The notes under the pieces: generated by a model | What the model was told of the DNA's origin: nothing | Seen by the model: the letters and a program-made list of their open reading frames with translations, nothing else | Databases searched by the model: none | Assembly: GCF_018977255.1 (NCBI RefSeq) | Contig: NW_024704742.1 | Location: 16,556,001 to 16,620,000 of the forward strand | Direction: 5' to 3' | DNA: 64,000 bases | Origin: Callorhinchus milii | Taxonomy: Eukaryota | Position numbers and translations under genes: made by a program | Shown here: in pieces, positions 51,391 to 64,000 of the stretch | Numbering within the stretch: the first letter of the stretch is position 1 | Layout: the number at the start of each line of letters is the position of its first letter

Positions 51391-53643
51391 AGCAGGATGT
51401 GTCCCTCAAGGAGAGCACACATTCTATTCCAAAAATTATATCTCAGGAATTTCCTATGTATAGGTGGGATGCATTGAACTCGTAAGTTTGGGTTGGATAC
51501 TATTAAGCATGGTGACGGGTTTCTGCATGTGTCAGACACCTGGCTGACCGCAGCAAAAATTCATATTTGTGTGGGCATATGGGTATAACTCGATCCTGGC
51601 TTAACTTGTTACTACCACTTAAATCATCATGCTGTCAATGTCCTAGCTGCAATTTTCCCTTGGAGTGTTGAGTTATCAGAAGTTCACTGTACTTTTATCT
51701 CAAGAATTTGGAATTCACTGGCTTCTTGTTTACACATAAAATAGAACCCATTTGGGTTTAGTACTTTACGCTGAAATAGAACAAACAGCACAGTAGTGAA
51801 TAAGAGCAAAGTAAACTTTTTAATGTTAAAAAGAGTGCATTCTGAATGTTTTTGCTACTTTTATTTTTGTATTTGTGTGTCACGCGATTTCCATATCAGA
51901 TAGGATCTTGGTCACATGTTTCCATTTAGGAACTGTTCTATTGATTGATTTCTTCACCGAGTAGCTGTCTAATTTCCTCTTGAATTTGCTGCCACAATGT
52001 GCCTCGGCAGCCTCCCTAGGCAATCTATTCCACATATTCAATGCTTTATTAAAATTATTGCTTCGGTCTGTACTCCCTATGTTGTAGAGTTTGCAGTAAT
52101 GTAAAACATATATGAGGGTTCCGTTTATTTGTACCCTTTAGGATTTTCAGTAGGATACCTGAGCTGTCTCCAGGGTGATTGTTCACCACAGTTGAAACTG
52201 GAATCTCGCTGTAGGGAAATGCAAATGTGAGTTTAGTGCAGTAAATTGAAGCTCCAATGAGCTGTGCTGTCCAGTGAATTTTGTGATTGTACAGTTTGAC
52301 TATGAGGAATTTGTTCATGTGAAATCAATCACTTTTATTTGTAATAGCAATTAAACTCTGAAATCTCCAAAGACCTTTAAAGCATGTCGGAATAAACTCC
52401 AAGAGCAAATAAGGGCAAGTAAACAATTGTTGTTTAAAAGAGCCAGCATTGACATTATGGGATGCATGGCCTTTTTCTGTCCTATAAAATTCTCTGGTTC
52501 GATGCACGCAGTTTTGAAGGTAGACCCACTAATGACCAGGCTGAAACAACTCAAATACTTTCACATGTGCATCTTAGGTTTTTGTTGTGTTGGTATGACC
52601 TGGATTTAAATCAGTGACCTGAGGTCAAAGGGCAGTAACAGCCTAATGCATCTTCCAGTTTTCATGTTCATGTCATTGACAGATAATTATTGTGAAGGGG
52701 CTCAGCAATGTGAGTTTGACCAATCGCAGAGTCAGGGGACAAGATTGGAGAATTAATGTCAGTGTAGCTTTGTAAATATTGAACTTGTGTGAGATCATGA
52801 TCTACCACAAAGATAAGGTTATGATATAAATGTGGATTCTGGTAAGTCAAAAAATGTAATTCCTTTTGTTTAAACTTCATACATATATTCATAGGGTTTT
52901 TTAGCTTTATATTCATGTGCCTGTCAGTTACTCAATTTTAATGTAATAGAGAAAGGTGTAGAAGACTCGCTGAATATTTATAGCATTTATTAGTTTTCTT
53001 TTGTTTCATAAACATCTAATATTTCATCTGTTTATGTAATTCTTCACATTATAATAATACTCATTTTGTGCCACATCGTGACTGTAGTATTTCCTTATGT
53101 ATTTGTTTCTTTAATGGTATAATAAAGCATTAAGAATATATGTGTGCTTTTTGGTTGGTGCAGCATATACAAACTTTTTTTGAATTAATCATTAATAAAT
53201 GATCACAATGTCTCTGTCACCATGGACAGAGCTAATAAATATAAATTAGTGTTGGTTAAATGACAGCCAAGTACTAAACCGCGCCACCATCATATAAACA
53301 AAGAAATTATGCAGTACTTGACATTTGAAGCAGCAAGACAGTTGTCTCAAATGCAAATCATGATGTACAGTGTATTTTTTTAACACTATCACTAATAGAA
53401 TAACATTCTGGTCACATTGCTCATGCAGTTAGGCTGACTGATCTTGGAGCAGGTTTTAAACCCTATTTGAAAGGATTAAACTATTAAATGGACAACAGCC
53501 AAGAGGAATGTCCTATGGCTATGATGGTGTTTTTCGAAATGGTGAGGGATTCGATCATTTTGCTGACCTCTTTCATAAATTATGACTTTTCTTTGAAGTA
53601 GAACTACAGTATATTATTAAATTAGTTTTTATATATGTATGTA

Positions 53644-54252
53644 TCTATACTAATAAAGACAAAATGTCTGTGTGTTTGTCAACAACCGATTGATGTCGAG
53701 ACATGATTTATACCTCATTGGAAAGGTCTTGCAAGGGGGAGTGTCATAGGAATATTTTTTTTGGGGTGGAAGCTTCTATCATTGATGAGCTATATTTTAA
53801 AAAAAAGCTTTAATTAAGCCCCAAAAAGTATGCATGGTATTCTGGAACAAAGTAACGACACACCCTTCTAGATTGATACATCTATACTAATAAAGACAAA
53901 ATGTCTGTCTGTCTGTTTGTCTGTCTAACTGAGTGATGTGATGTAGAGACTTGATTTATACTTCATTGGAAAGGGGAAGTATCATGGGGATATTTTTCAG
54001 GGATCTCTTCTCATAACCTAAACAAGCTCAGCACACATATATGGACTCCAATCAAGAGCTGAGTCTTCCCAACAGAAGTCCCCCCAAAATGGATGCTAAA
54101 GAGTTCAATAGCATATTTTCTTAATCTTAAGCAATAAAGATGCTAAAAAGCAAAGATCAAGCCTTTCAAGGACAAATAAAAATGCCACGCGAAAGAGAGA
54201 ATGCAGATTAAATGAACCTGGTCGCAAGTGTAGGTGTAACAGGTACAACTAG
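53644..54252 (+). mobile_element. Non-autonomous Helitron-like element with duplicated 5' end (53644 and 53881)
   Basis: A|TCTATACTAATAAAGAC occurs twice; 3' end ...GGTACAACTAG|T at 54249-54253; A|T target and no TSD seen. Confidence 0.6.
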
Positions 54253-55079
54253 TATAATATTTATGGATTAAAACATACTTTTAAGAATCACCATAACAAC
54301 ACAACAGTTTGTCCAGCTGTTTGAACTCGGCTACAAATAAATTGTATGATTGATAAGAATCATTGTTAAATCATACCCAGTCATGAATAAATTGCTTAGT
54401 TTTATTAGTTATTTTTCTTACTCTACTTTTATACTGTCTGTCTTAAACACTATATCTCAACTAAAAAGGAGGCAAATGTCCTGTTCCTCCGCTTGGCTGG
54501 CTAGGGCCTCCTGTTTGTCCCTCGTACCCTCCACTCCACCATCGGTGGCCGTGCCTTCAGCCACTACATCCCGTTCAGTATGTCCTAATCCTTTTGTGAA
54601 ATGTTTTTAAGTCAGCACTTAAAAGGGTGATCCAAAAGATTTTTTGAGGGCAGTTGAAAGTAGATTTTTCTATTGGTGATAATTAGAGGCATCATCAAAT
54701 CTAATTACCTCGGTTATCTATGAAGTGAGTAGAGTGCTAAAGATCAGATAATTTCTTATTAAGCAAAAGTTGGGTAGATTGACAATTATGAATCTGCAGT
54801 TGGTAGATCTGCTAAATTGATTTGCATTAATCTTCACAAATGAGGTCTGTAGGCGAATTCCAAATGCAGTCAAAAAGGCTTCAGTAAATCATGCATTGTG
54901 AACAAATTCAAAGAAATTTAAACATATGTTGGCTCACAACAATACTCCACACTTGACAGTAATTACTTATGATGCACTTGGAGATGTTTCAGAATAATAA
55001 GGCACTAAAAGTAATGCAGAGACGTTTTCTTTTTACCGAGTATTACTAATTATTCATGAGGAAATAGTTAGGTCCCTGA

Positions 55080-55520
55080 TAATATTTTATAAGGAATTAC
55101 ATGGACAGAGGAGCTGCATTTGAGGACTGGAGGAGAGCTAATTCAATGTCAATATTCAATGGAAACTCTGTACATGAATCAGGAATTTATAGACCAGTTA
55201 CCATTACATTGGTAATGGGAAAAACATTTAACAGCAAGTTACAGTAATTTGCTATCAATGTTCATCTAAAAAGCTCAGAGACTATAAGGAGTAGTCAGCA
55301 GCATTTTGGAACAAGATTCCTCATGAATCTATTGGAATTCTCTGAGGAGGTGACTAAATTAGTGAACAAGGCTATCCTGTGAAATCCTTGGATTTCCAAA
55401 AGCCGATGATGACATTCCTCATTTGTGGCTTTGTAAAGATGATAGATATGGAATTAATGCAAATTAAGGAGCTGAATTGAAATTTAGCTTGGCGATTGAA
55501 AGCTAAACTTAATAATTAGG
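55080..55520 (+). mobile_element. Highly decayed CR1 ORF2 fragment
   Basis: gaggactggaggagagctaat (EDWRRAN), tatagaccagttac (YRPV), ttggatttccaaaagcc (LDFQK). Confidence 0.65.
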
Positions 55521-55594
55521 GCAGTAACTTTGGTACAGAAGTCACCGCAACTTCAATGATTTTGAAGAAGTCATAAAATGACAGAGAAGCAGGC

Positions 55595-55908
55595 AGATTC
55601 CTGTAGCTCAGTGGTTAGAGCACTCGCCTTGCAAGCGAGACACATGGGTTCAGTTCCAGGCAGGGCGAAACCTTGGGTAAGATTCCCTATTCCACACGCC
55701 TAATAATGATCCCTCCAAAACAAAACAATAATAAATTGATCATTTTCAATCCACGACTGTCTGTGGGACACTGCTGTGCGCAATTGGCTGCCACATTTCG
55801 CCCACAAATATACAGTCAATTCACTTTACAGCATATTCTGTGAAGCACTTTGAGACGTCTAGAAGACATGAAAAGGGCTATATCAAAAGCAAAGATTATT
55901 ATTATTAG
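55595..55908 (+). mobile_element. Full-length SINE (short subfamily)
   Basis: cctgtagctcagtggttagagcactcgccttgcaagcgag...; tail gattattattatt. Confidence 0.9.
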
Positions 55909-56784
55909 ATTATGGAATTGGGGAACCCACGCTGGTCTCCTCAATTCCATCATCCACAGCATCCAGCTAACTCCACCACCCACATTGCACCCATCACCCA
56001 AATCTCAATGGGCTGCACTGACTCCCTATCTCTGAAGAGATCAAATTCAAAGTCTCATCTTCACATACAGAATCCTTTATGCGCTGATCTCCTGCCTATT
56101 CCTCTGTTTGCCCTCTACTCTTAGCAAACCTGCTGTGAGTTGCCTAACCTGTTATTACATCCCAACTTCTGGAAATCCCTACCTCAATCCTTCCATCTTG
56201 CCCCCTCTATTTATCTTCAAATCGAATGATAAAACCTATCTCTTTAAATGCTCCTATACGTTCCTCACCCTCCTCTTTTAGAAGGCCTTTGCTGATGTGC
56301 AATTATAATGGAGAAATTCCTTTTGTGGCCAGCATCACCAAAGGCAAGTAATGTAATGTCGATTGTAATTTCTGCCCACTGGAACAGATAAATTCAGGAT
56401 TCCAACACAGATTTGGGCTACTGACTGATAGTGCAAACGTTGAATCCAATCTGCTATTGTTAAGTAACGTATATGCAAGTGTTGGAAAACAGGGAAATGC
56501 TAACTTTGAAATTTTATTCTCTGTTTTCATATTGAAGTACATCTCAAATTAACTGTGAATTTTTCCTTAATCGAATGATGTTTCAAAAGTGGTCAATATT
56601 TTATGCGTGAAGGTCGCACAAATATAGCTCATTTCAATTAATTGAAATAACTCATCAGTAAATCATGCATCAGGGAATGTGTCCCTTTTTAATTTGAGCT
56701 AACACTTTCAATTCTGAGTTTTTCTAATTTCATTATTGCAAAGTTGTCAGTAAACATAAAATATTGATTGTTCAAGGTGTCAGG

Positions 56785-57205
56785 TATTAGCCTTTCTTAG
56801 TTGGTATTACTCTCACTTCTGAGTTGTAAGGTTGTGGGTTCAAGCCCCGTGTCAGGAATATGAACTCACACAGTCTAGGCTGATACTCGAATACAATGCT
56901 GGGAATGTGCTGCATTGTTGGAGGTGACCTCCTGCAGATGAGTTGTTTAATAATAGTCCCATCTGCCCTGTTCAGGTGAGCATTACAGCTTGCACTGCTC
57001 AAAAAGAGAAGGGAGTTTCTCCCGGTGTCTTTGCACACAATTCCTCCACATATAAATTTTGTAAGACATTGGTGTACAAGTTAGCTGTCATTTGTGTCTA
57101 CAAATTACACAGTCAGTCTCTACACTGTGAAATAAATCCTGTGAAGCACTCTGGGACATTCTCTTAACATGAACGGCATTGTATGAAATGCAAGGATTAT
57201 TGTTA
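56785..57205 (+). mobile_element. Full-length Deu-domain SINE
   Basis: Aligns by eye with 22765-23190. Confidence 0.75.
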
Positions 57206-58294
57206 TAAAATATCATTTTTGAAAACGATCCTGTTCTGATTTTGAACGAGGAGATAGCTAATAATTATTTTCAGAAAAAAAATCGGCAGCTGGTATAAGA
57301 ATTCTAACTTTTCTGACAAATGAAACATGTGTACTGTTCATTGCAGCTAGATTATTTCAGATGCCATCAGGAACAATCAGGAAGAGAGATATTTCATTCT
57401 TCTCATTATGTTTAATGTCTTCTTGAAAACAAAAGTCGATGTGAGGAATTTCATGCCGGTCATGACAGCATGTTGAAATATACAGCAATTTCTAAAATAA
57501 CTGTGAAATACAAGTCCTAGTTCTTTATTTGAAGAGTTTTCAACTCTTATGTTTGTATAGAGGCAGATATTGCCGGAGCTAATGGTGTATGGAAAATAAA
57601 CCATTGAATAGTGCATACCATACAATCTGTGAGTGCTGTGGGAAATGAGTTTACGCTAAAATGTTTGCTTTCCTTAAATCACAACATTTCAATATTTATG
57701 TGCTTTTTATTTATTTGATGTGAATACAGTTTTTTTTGGAAATGGTCTTATGTTTATTGCAGTTTTGATTCAATTATCGAGTAATTTATGTTACCATGTC
57801 ATATTGTTTAATGTGTCATTGTTTTTAATGTGCGATATCATTCAGATCAGTGACCTCTCTGTTGTATTTTCTGTCTCTGTGATTTCCCAATGTTAATGTG
57901 TCATTTCATTTGCCTGCCCGTGAGAAGCAAATCTTCCTTTTTCTACAGGATATCCTCTGTATTTATAATAACGTACTGCCGATACTTTTTTGTCTTCCAT
58001 AGCAGTTTCATCTATTTCTACAGTGAGGTCTGAGAGTAAATTGGTATTCAGTCTGGGAATGATGGGAGTTATTTGCTATTTGTCAGTAAATTTAACAAAT
58101 AGTATTAGATGCATTCAAGAAGGAAGCTAGACCTTCACATGACGGAAAGGGGAATAGAAGAAGGGTTTGAGAGAGAGCTCGGAGTGGGAGGAGAGGATTA
58201 AAGAGGGGTGGAGAATCATGTGGAATACTGTATATACACAGACAAAGACTGATTGGGCCAAGTGGTCTGTTTACGTGATTTATATTTTTTGTAA

Positions 58295-58505
58295 AGCTTT
58301 TCCGGGGATAATAATTCCTTCATAAAAATAATTTTTTAAAAAATGAATTGGTCTGTTTGTGGGATACTGCAGTACGTAATTGGCTGCCACGTTTTTCCCA
58401 CAAAATATACAGTCAATTCACTTTACAGTATATTCTGTGAAGCGCTTTGAGACATCTCAAAAACATGATGAGGCGCTATATCAAATACAAGGATTATTAT
58501 TATCA
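58295..58505 (+). mobile_element. SINE 3' half (preceded by a decayed CR1 tail at about 58100-58280)
   Basis: gcttttccggggataataattcctt...gcgctatatcaaatacaaggattattatt. Confidence 0.8.
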
Positions 58506-58950
58506 TTGGAAGAACCTTGGAAGGATGTGTCCAACCAGAAGAGCATTCACCGGCAAAGAAGATAAATTTACCAATAAGGTTAGGAAATGGAGGACTTTAA
58601 ATAGGGGAAATTAGGAATATTAGAATAGGTTTGGTTTTATGGCCATTGGATGCAAAGTATATTGCAGTATTGTCTGGTATTCAATTACATTAGGTAATAT
58701 TTTTCAGTATCAGCAATCAAAAAAAACAAAAAAAAGTGAATGAAATTCAAATCTGTTATTACAAGGCAGATTTTTAAATCAATTTGCTAGTATCAACGTT
58801 TCAAGCCTACTGTTTTTTAAAATAACATTTTGATGATAACATTTGTTTTGGAGTTTGTTTCTCAGCAAAAACATGCCTGGTAAAACCTGACTCTACACTT
58901 TTAATTGGTGCCCTAGATTTATGCTGTTTGGACATTTGTCTGCTGCTCTT

Positions 58951-59396
58951 AACAACAACAACAACAACAACAACAAGATTCCATTTATAGAGCGCCTTTC
59001 ACGTCGGGAGGACGTCCCAAGGCGCTGTACAGTTGGGTCAGGACCCGAGCAGGGGGGAAATGGTCAGGGTGAGGGGAGGGAAGGGAGGGAGCGAGGAGGG
59101 GGTAGAGAGTCGAGAGGGTAGCTGAAGGCACGGTCAAAGAGAAAGGTCTTGAGACCGGCCTTGAAGGAGGAAAGGGAGGAGGCGGCGAAGGCACTGGGGG
59201 ATGAAGTTCCAGAGCCTAGGGGCTGAGAGGCTGAAGGCCCGGCCACCGATAGTAGGGCGGTTGGGGCGGGGGATGTGGAGCAGACCGGAGCCAGAGGAAC
59301 GGAGGGTACGGGCGGGTAGGTAGGGGGATAGTAGGTCGAAGAGGTAGGAGGAGGGAGTAAGGCCGTGAATTGCCTTGTAGGTGAGGGTGAGGATCT
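58951..59396 (-). mobile_element. Young L2 3' end
   Basis: (AAC)n tail, CpG-intact, near-identical to 1-165 and to the reverse complement of 13460-13773. Confidence 0.92.
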
Positions 59397-61054
59397 AACA
59401 ATGATTTTGCTTTTTATAGCAATAAGGTGTTTGCTAACTATCCCAATAACCATAATGTTGCAACAAACTCCACCCCCACTCATAACTTAAAACTTTCCAA
59501 TGAAAATATTGACTGCTGTTTTGTTTTTCTCTCCTGGTTACCCTAGGGCATATAAAGTTTACTTATTTTTATACATCTTGCAAATGATTTGCATGCAACA
59601 TTCTAGTCTCATGGATTATAGGAATTTTGAACTCTTCCATTCTCTTTTTCTGACTTAATGAAACCGGATCTTGAACGTTTTGGTAGATAATATTGACATG
59701 TTAAGAATTGATCCCACAGGAATGGTTGGAGGTTTAGAATCACATTTATCATGGAATGTGTTACATAAGCAACACGTTTTCTTTTCATTCATGGAATTGA
59801 ATGCAATATTATCAATAAATCCTGGTCCCTGACCAGAATCGCCCTCCTCCACCTCCGCCACATTGCCCGCCTCAGTCTGTTACATTAATGCAGAAGCAGT
59901 CGAAACACTCGTCCATGCATTCGTCACCTCCCGACTCGACTTCTCAAATGCCCTCTTTGCCGATCTCCCCAACTCCACCTTGTACACGATTATTTATAGT
60001 GGAACACATTAGGAAAAATTCAGGCACAATAGAGAATACCAGAATTATGTCTGTCTGTGATAGAGTGCATGACATTGTCCTGTATATTTGAGCTGCACAA
60101 TAACTAAGTACAGGTTGAGTCTTTTTAGTGATTGACTGTGTTTGTGTCCAGTGAACAACATAAAGGGATTTACATTTTTTTGTGCATAGTAGATGTTTTA
60201 ATACTGTATATGGTTAGCAAAATATAATCATTTAATCATGTTTTATGAATTCCAGTTAGATTTGGTCTTTATCCCTTATGGACACAGGTGCACAGCATCC
60301 ATTTAATAAACATGTTTGGTCCCAAGGTTTCTTAGGGGAACAATGATTTAAGGATACTGTAACAAATGCCAGCATATTGTTTTATTAATTTGCACGCGCA
60401 TGTGATATTGAGGATAAAGTGTTTGTGTAGTGCTCCATCGCAGTTTACAACATGTTTAACCCTTCTACTTGTATTTTAAAAGTCTCTTATGGTTTTCAAA
60501 GTGCCTACACATTTTCTGACAGATAGAGATTTAATGTAAACATCTAACACTGAATATAAAATAGGATAGGAGGATATACTAAACCCTGAAATGTGTTATT
60601 TTATATGTATCCTCATGCCTTCTAGATAAACTAAGGAATGTAGCTGTAAAATTTCACCAGGGTCTAGATGTACTCTTTTTATGTAGCTTTTCAGAGTAAG
60701 CAGAATTTGGCAGAATCTTAATTGTAGCCTTAATTTTGAAGCCGGCATTTTACAAGTTATTTTAAGAAGTACAGAAACCCTTCAAAGTCGAGACAGAATT
60801 CAATAATTTGCCAAACTCTGGTCTCTCTGAAATGCTACATAAATATAGTAAATCTAGACCCAGGAAGAGTTACTCCCTAGAATTCTTTTAATTTTTTTTA
60901 AATTTTAGAAATGATCGAGCATATTTGTTGTTTGAGCTTTTCTGAGTTCATAGTATTAAATCAGAAACATCTATAGGCCATTAAATAAATTCCTATGGTG
61001 TTATCTTTGTGCATAATAGATCTCATTAAGTGAAGCAACAAATTGCAAGAGAAA

Positions 61055-61640
61055 TGGAAACAGAAACTTACAAAGCAGAAGGAGGCCATTTGGACTATTG
61101 AATCGGTACTGGCTCACAGACCAAGGAGATCAATTTAATCACACCACCCGACCTTTTCCCCTTACCCCTTCAAGCCCCTCTCTTTCATATGCCTGTCTAC
61201 TTGACTCCTGAAAGACCCAATGCACTCCACCTCCATCATCCTACTTGTTAGAGCATTTCACATCCCAATTAGTCTCTGGGTGAAACAAATCCTTCTAAGT
61301 TCACTGTTCTTGTGACTATCCCTTGTCACTAACTTCCCCCTCAATGGAAATAATTTCTCCCTATTTACTCTGTTAAAACCGCTTATAATTTTGTACATCT
61401 CTATCAAGTCCCCCTCCACCTTCTCTGCTCCAATGAAAACAGACCCAGCTTCTCCAGCCTTTTCTCATAACTGCAGCCCTTCATCCCCGGAATCTTTATT
61501 CATAAACCTACTCTACACCTTCGCTAAGGCCTTAACATCCTTCCTGAAGTGAGGTGCTGCAAACTAGAACCAATCCTCTAGTTGCGGCCTACCCAATGAT
61601 TTGTAAAAATTTAACATTATTGCTTTACTTTTGTACTGTA
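61055..61640 (-). mobile_element. Older CR1 3' portion
   Basis: gcagaaggaggccatttgg...tcaagtccccctccaccttctctgctcca...cccagcttctccagcc, similar to 8206-8800. Confidence 0.8.
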
Positions 61641-61659
61641 TTTCTTTACCCTTTCTTTA

Positions 61660-61995
61660 CCCCTACCTCTGCGGCTCCTAACCCCACTACCATTCTGCTC
61701 GCTCCCTCCGCTCAGCGGGCTTCGGCCTGCTTCACATCCCCTGCTTCGCTCGCCCCACTATTAGCAGGCTGGCCTTCAGCCACTCTTCCCCCGTCCTCTG
61801 GAACTCCATTCCGCAGTCCCTCCACCTCACCCCTCCCTTGCCACCTTCAAGACTTATCTCAAGACCCTCACTCTTCGATCATCCTAAATCTCCCTTCTTC
61901 CCCCCCTGCCCTCCACTCTCCCCGATCCCGACCCCCAGCTCGGGTCCAAAATTCTGGGAAAGGCGCTATACAAATGTAATTTTGTTGTTGTTGTT
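61660..61995 (+). mobile_element. L2 3' end
   Basis: ggccttcagcc...ctctggaactccattcc...aaggcgctatacaaatgtaattttgttgttgttg. Confidence 0.8.
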
Positions 61996-62369
61996 TACAG
62001 AAATAGAGTTAGAAAATTGCTAACCTTTTTTATTGAAAACTTGGATGATAAATCAATCCACATTCAGTGTGCTACCATACCAATCCCATTTATTTAACAA
62101 TATTACTGTTTCAAAATTTCCATGGTTCAGAGGATATTGACTCAATCCCAAACTTCCCGCCTTACAATTTGCACTTATATAATGATAAGACTCAGTGAAA
62201 CTCGCATAAGTCTTATCTTTATAAATCGTATAATTGCCTAAGTGTACAAACACGTGTCCCATTCAGATTCCTGTTAAAACCATTTGTATTTATTTGCACT
62301 ACTTGCATTAATCATCTCCTAACTCGTAACGCCATTCCCCTACACTCCATTAATCCTGCAGTTACCAGC

Positions 62370-62660
62370 TGAATTGAATTGCAGGAAATTACGTCCAGAC
62401 CCATCGAAACATACACATTTACCGGCAGAATGCATTGAATCGCGGGAAACGTAGTCTTGATCTGTTGGTGAATTCGTAAAAGAACTTCATTTCCCACAAT
62501 TTAATGCGATTCCTATGCTTACCAGTAAATGCTTGCAGCGACATGTCAAAATGCATTGAATCGCAGGAAAGGTAGTCTTGTCCTGTCACCGCAGACACAT
62601 TTACTGGTTGCAGTAACAAACTACCGCATGTGCACTTACCGGCTGGATTGAATCATGCAT
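62370..62660. repeat. Cluster of 20-30-bp direct and inverted repeats (GCATTGAATCGC(A/G)GGAAA.GTAGTC)
   Basis: Direct copies at about 62371, 62429 and 62549; inverted copy at about 62488-62507. Confidence 0.75.
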
Positions 62661-62734
62661 GAGCAGTATTTATTGTTGATTAAATTGGATTTTATATGAC
62701 TTGTATGATTTGCCTGCAACTCGGATTTCGCAAC

Positions 62735-63090
62735 AACAAGAACAACAACTTGCACTTGTACAGTGCCCTGCACGCAGGGTAGCATCTCAGAGCGCTTAAC
62801 AGTGGCGGAGCCTGACTCCGAGCTGGTGGGGTTTTGGGAGGTGGCCGTAAGCACAGTTGATGAGGAAGGTCTTCAGGCAGGACTTGAAAAAGGGAAGAGA
62901 GGGAGCAAGGCGGAGGGATTGAGGGAGAGTGTTCCAGAGTTTCGGGGGTCATGGCTGAAAGCACAACCACCGATGGAACTGAAGGCACGAGGGACAAGCA
63001 GGAGGTGGGTCGGGGAGTAGTCAGGTCTAAGAGCTAGGAAGGTGATATGAAGGGATTTGAAGATAAGTGTGAGGATCTTGAAATCAATTT
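62735..63090 (-). mobile_element. L2 3' end
   Basis: (CAA)n tail; gaaggtcttcagg...gagagtgttccagag...gaggatcttgaaatcaat. Confidence 0.8.
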
Positions 63091-63764
63091 AAATGACCAA
63101 AGTCATATTAAATCTTATAGCCCCGACTGATACGACTTATGTGAGTTTTACTGTATCACGTTTCATATCAGGAAGGCATCTTAAAGTGTTTCACAGTGCT
63201 AACGTACACTCTATGGTTATAGATTTAATTCCCTTTGAAGGGGCTGGCATTGAAACTCAGATTTCAACATATGTGTTGAGAATTATTAATTTTCAGCTGG
63301 TCTGTCATGTGAGCTGCCCCATCAGGGAGGAAGGGCTAACACTTATTGTGTTTTATTCCATGGGGAGCATGCCTTCTGTCAGCAGTTACAGGATGCAAGT
63401 GATGTTGGCCTATGTTGGAGATTATAGCCTGTTCATTTCCGCTCACAATGTGGGCAACAATTGGCTGAAACATTCTAGTTCCACTCTCCTGAATAATTAA
63501 AGTCCTGAGTGCTGTGATTTATTTTCTCTACATTGTATCTCTTTAGATGTTGGATCTGTTTTGAGGGCTGAACTTAAGAGCAGTAGATTCACTTAAAGCA
63601 TTAATTTTAATGGCTTATAAGACCATTGAAATTTATTGATAGAGTGCCCCTGGCAATCACTGTATGTAAAAGTACCTTTACTAATCATTATTGATTGAGT
63701 ATGTTTCCAGTCACAGTTAATAGCTAATATTTACATTAAACCCATAACTACATTAGAAGTGCTG

Positions 63765-64000
63765 TAGCATAGTGATTACAGCATTCACTTTACAAATGAG
63801 AGGACCTGGATTCGATTTCCGGGCAGGGTGAAGAATTAATCCTTACTTCACATAGCTCTGCTTACGTAGCAGTAAGTAGAACCCAGTTGTTAGTTGATTG
63901 GCGGATTGCTTTTCCAAGGATAATAATCAAAAAAAAAAAAATTTTTAAATAATAATTTCATCACTCAATCCATGACTGTTTGTGGGACGCTGCTGTGTGC
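63765..64000 (+). mobile_element. tRNA-derived SINE (long subfamily), cut by window end
   Basis: ctgtagcatagtgattacagca...ggattcgatttccgggcaggg...agcagtaagtag..gattgcttttccaagg. Confidence 0.75.

Noticed and set aside
53213..53233. REST/RE1 site (CACCATGGACAGAGCT)
   Set aside because: The centre and right half fit, but the left half TTCAG is replaced by TCTGT; too weak without a matrix score.
55595..55668. tRNA-Ala(TGC) gene (cloverleaf-like, arm CTCGC-CTTGCAA-GCGAG)
   Set aside because: It continues directly into SINE body and tail, the T arm is degenerate, and the anticodon varies between copies.
62370..62660. CRISPR-like repeat-spacer array
   Set aside because: Only 3-4 degenerate copies, one inverted, and the intervening sequences share motifs.
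31538..64000. SPOCK3 9-nt EVE microexon and the next exon (DDYFR...)
   Set aside because: Scanned by eye for AG-GARGTNGAR-GT and DDYF codons; none had proper splice flanks (gaagtagaa at about 53595 lacks both). Probably beyond the window, though a miss by eye is possible.

Overview
This is eukaryotic, AT-rich, repeat-dense vertebrate DNA. The repeat complement (tRNA-headed SINEs with L2-type tails ending (ATT)n, L2 LINEs ending (TTG)n, CR1 LINEs, Deu-domain SINEs) suggests a cartilaginous fish, possibly a chimaera; this is inference from remembered repeat families, not a search. The only host coding sequence I can support is the first coding exon of SPOCK3 (testican-3) at 31376-31537 (+). It is preceded by a probable short non-coding exon (about 31110-31207) inside a CpG-enriched, TE-poor zone (about 27-33 kb). 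Positions 1-27 kb are upstream intergenic sequence and 31538-64000 is most likely the start of the long next intron; I found neither the EVE microexon nor the next exon. All other recognisable ORFs are decayed retrotransposon fragments or microsatellite/CpG-island artefacts. I see no convincing new multi-gene system. The most unusual structures are: a 17 x 19-bp palindromic minisatellite whose core flips orientation mid-array (33238-33564); a Helitron-like element with two tandem 5' ends (53644-54252); a cluster of direct and inverted ZNF143-site-like repeats (62370-62660); competing CT/GA tracts bracketing the coding exon; and fossil L1/Tx1 and hAT coding remnants. TE boundaries were read by eye and are approximate.
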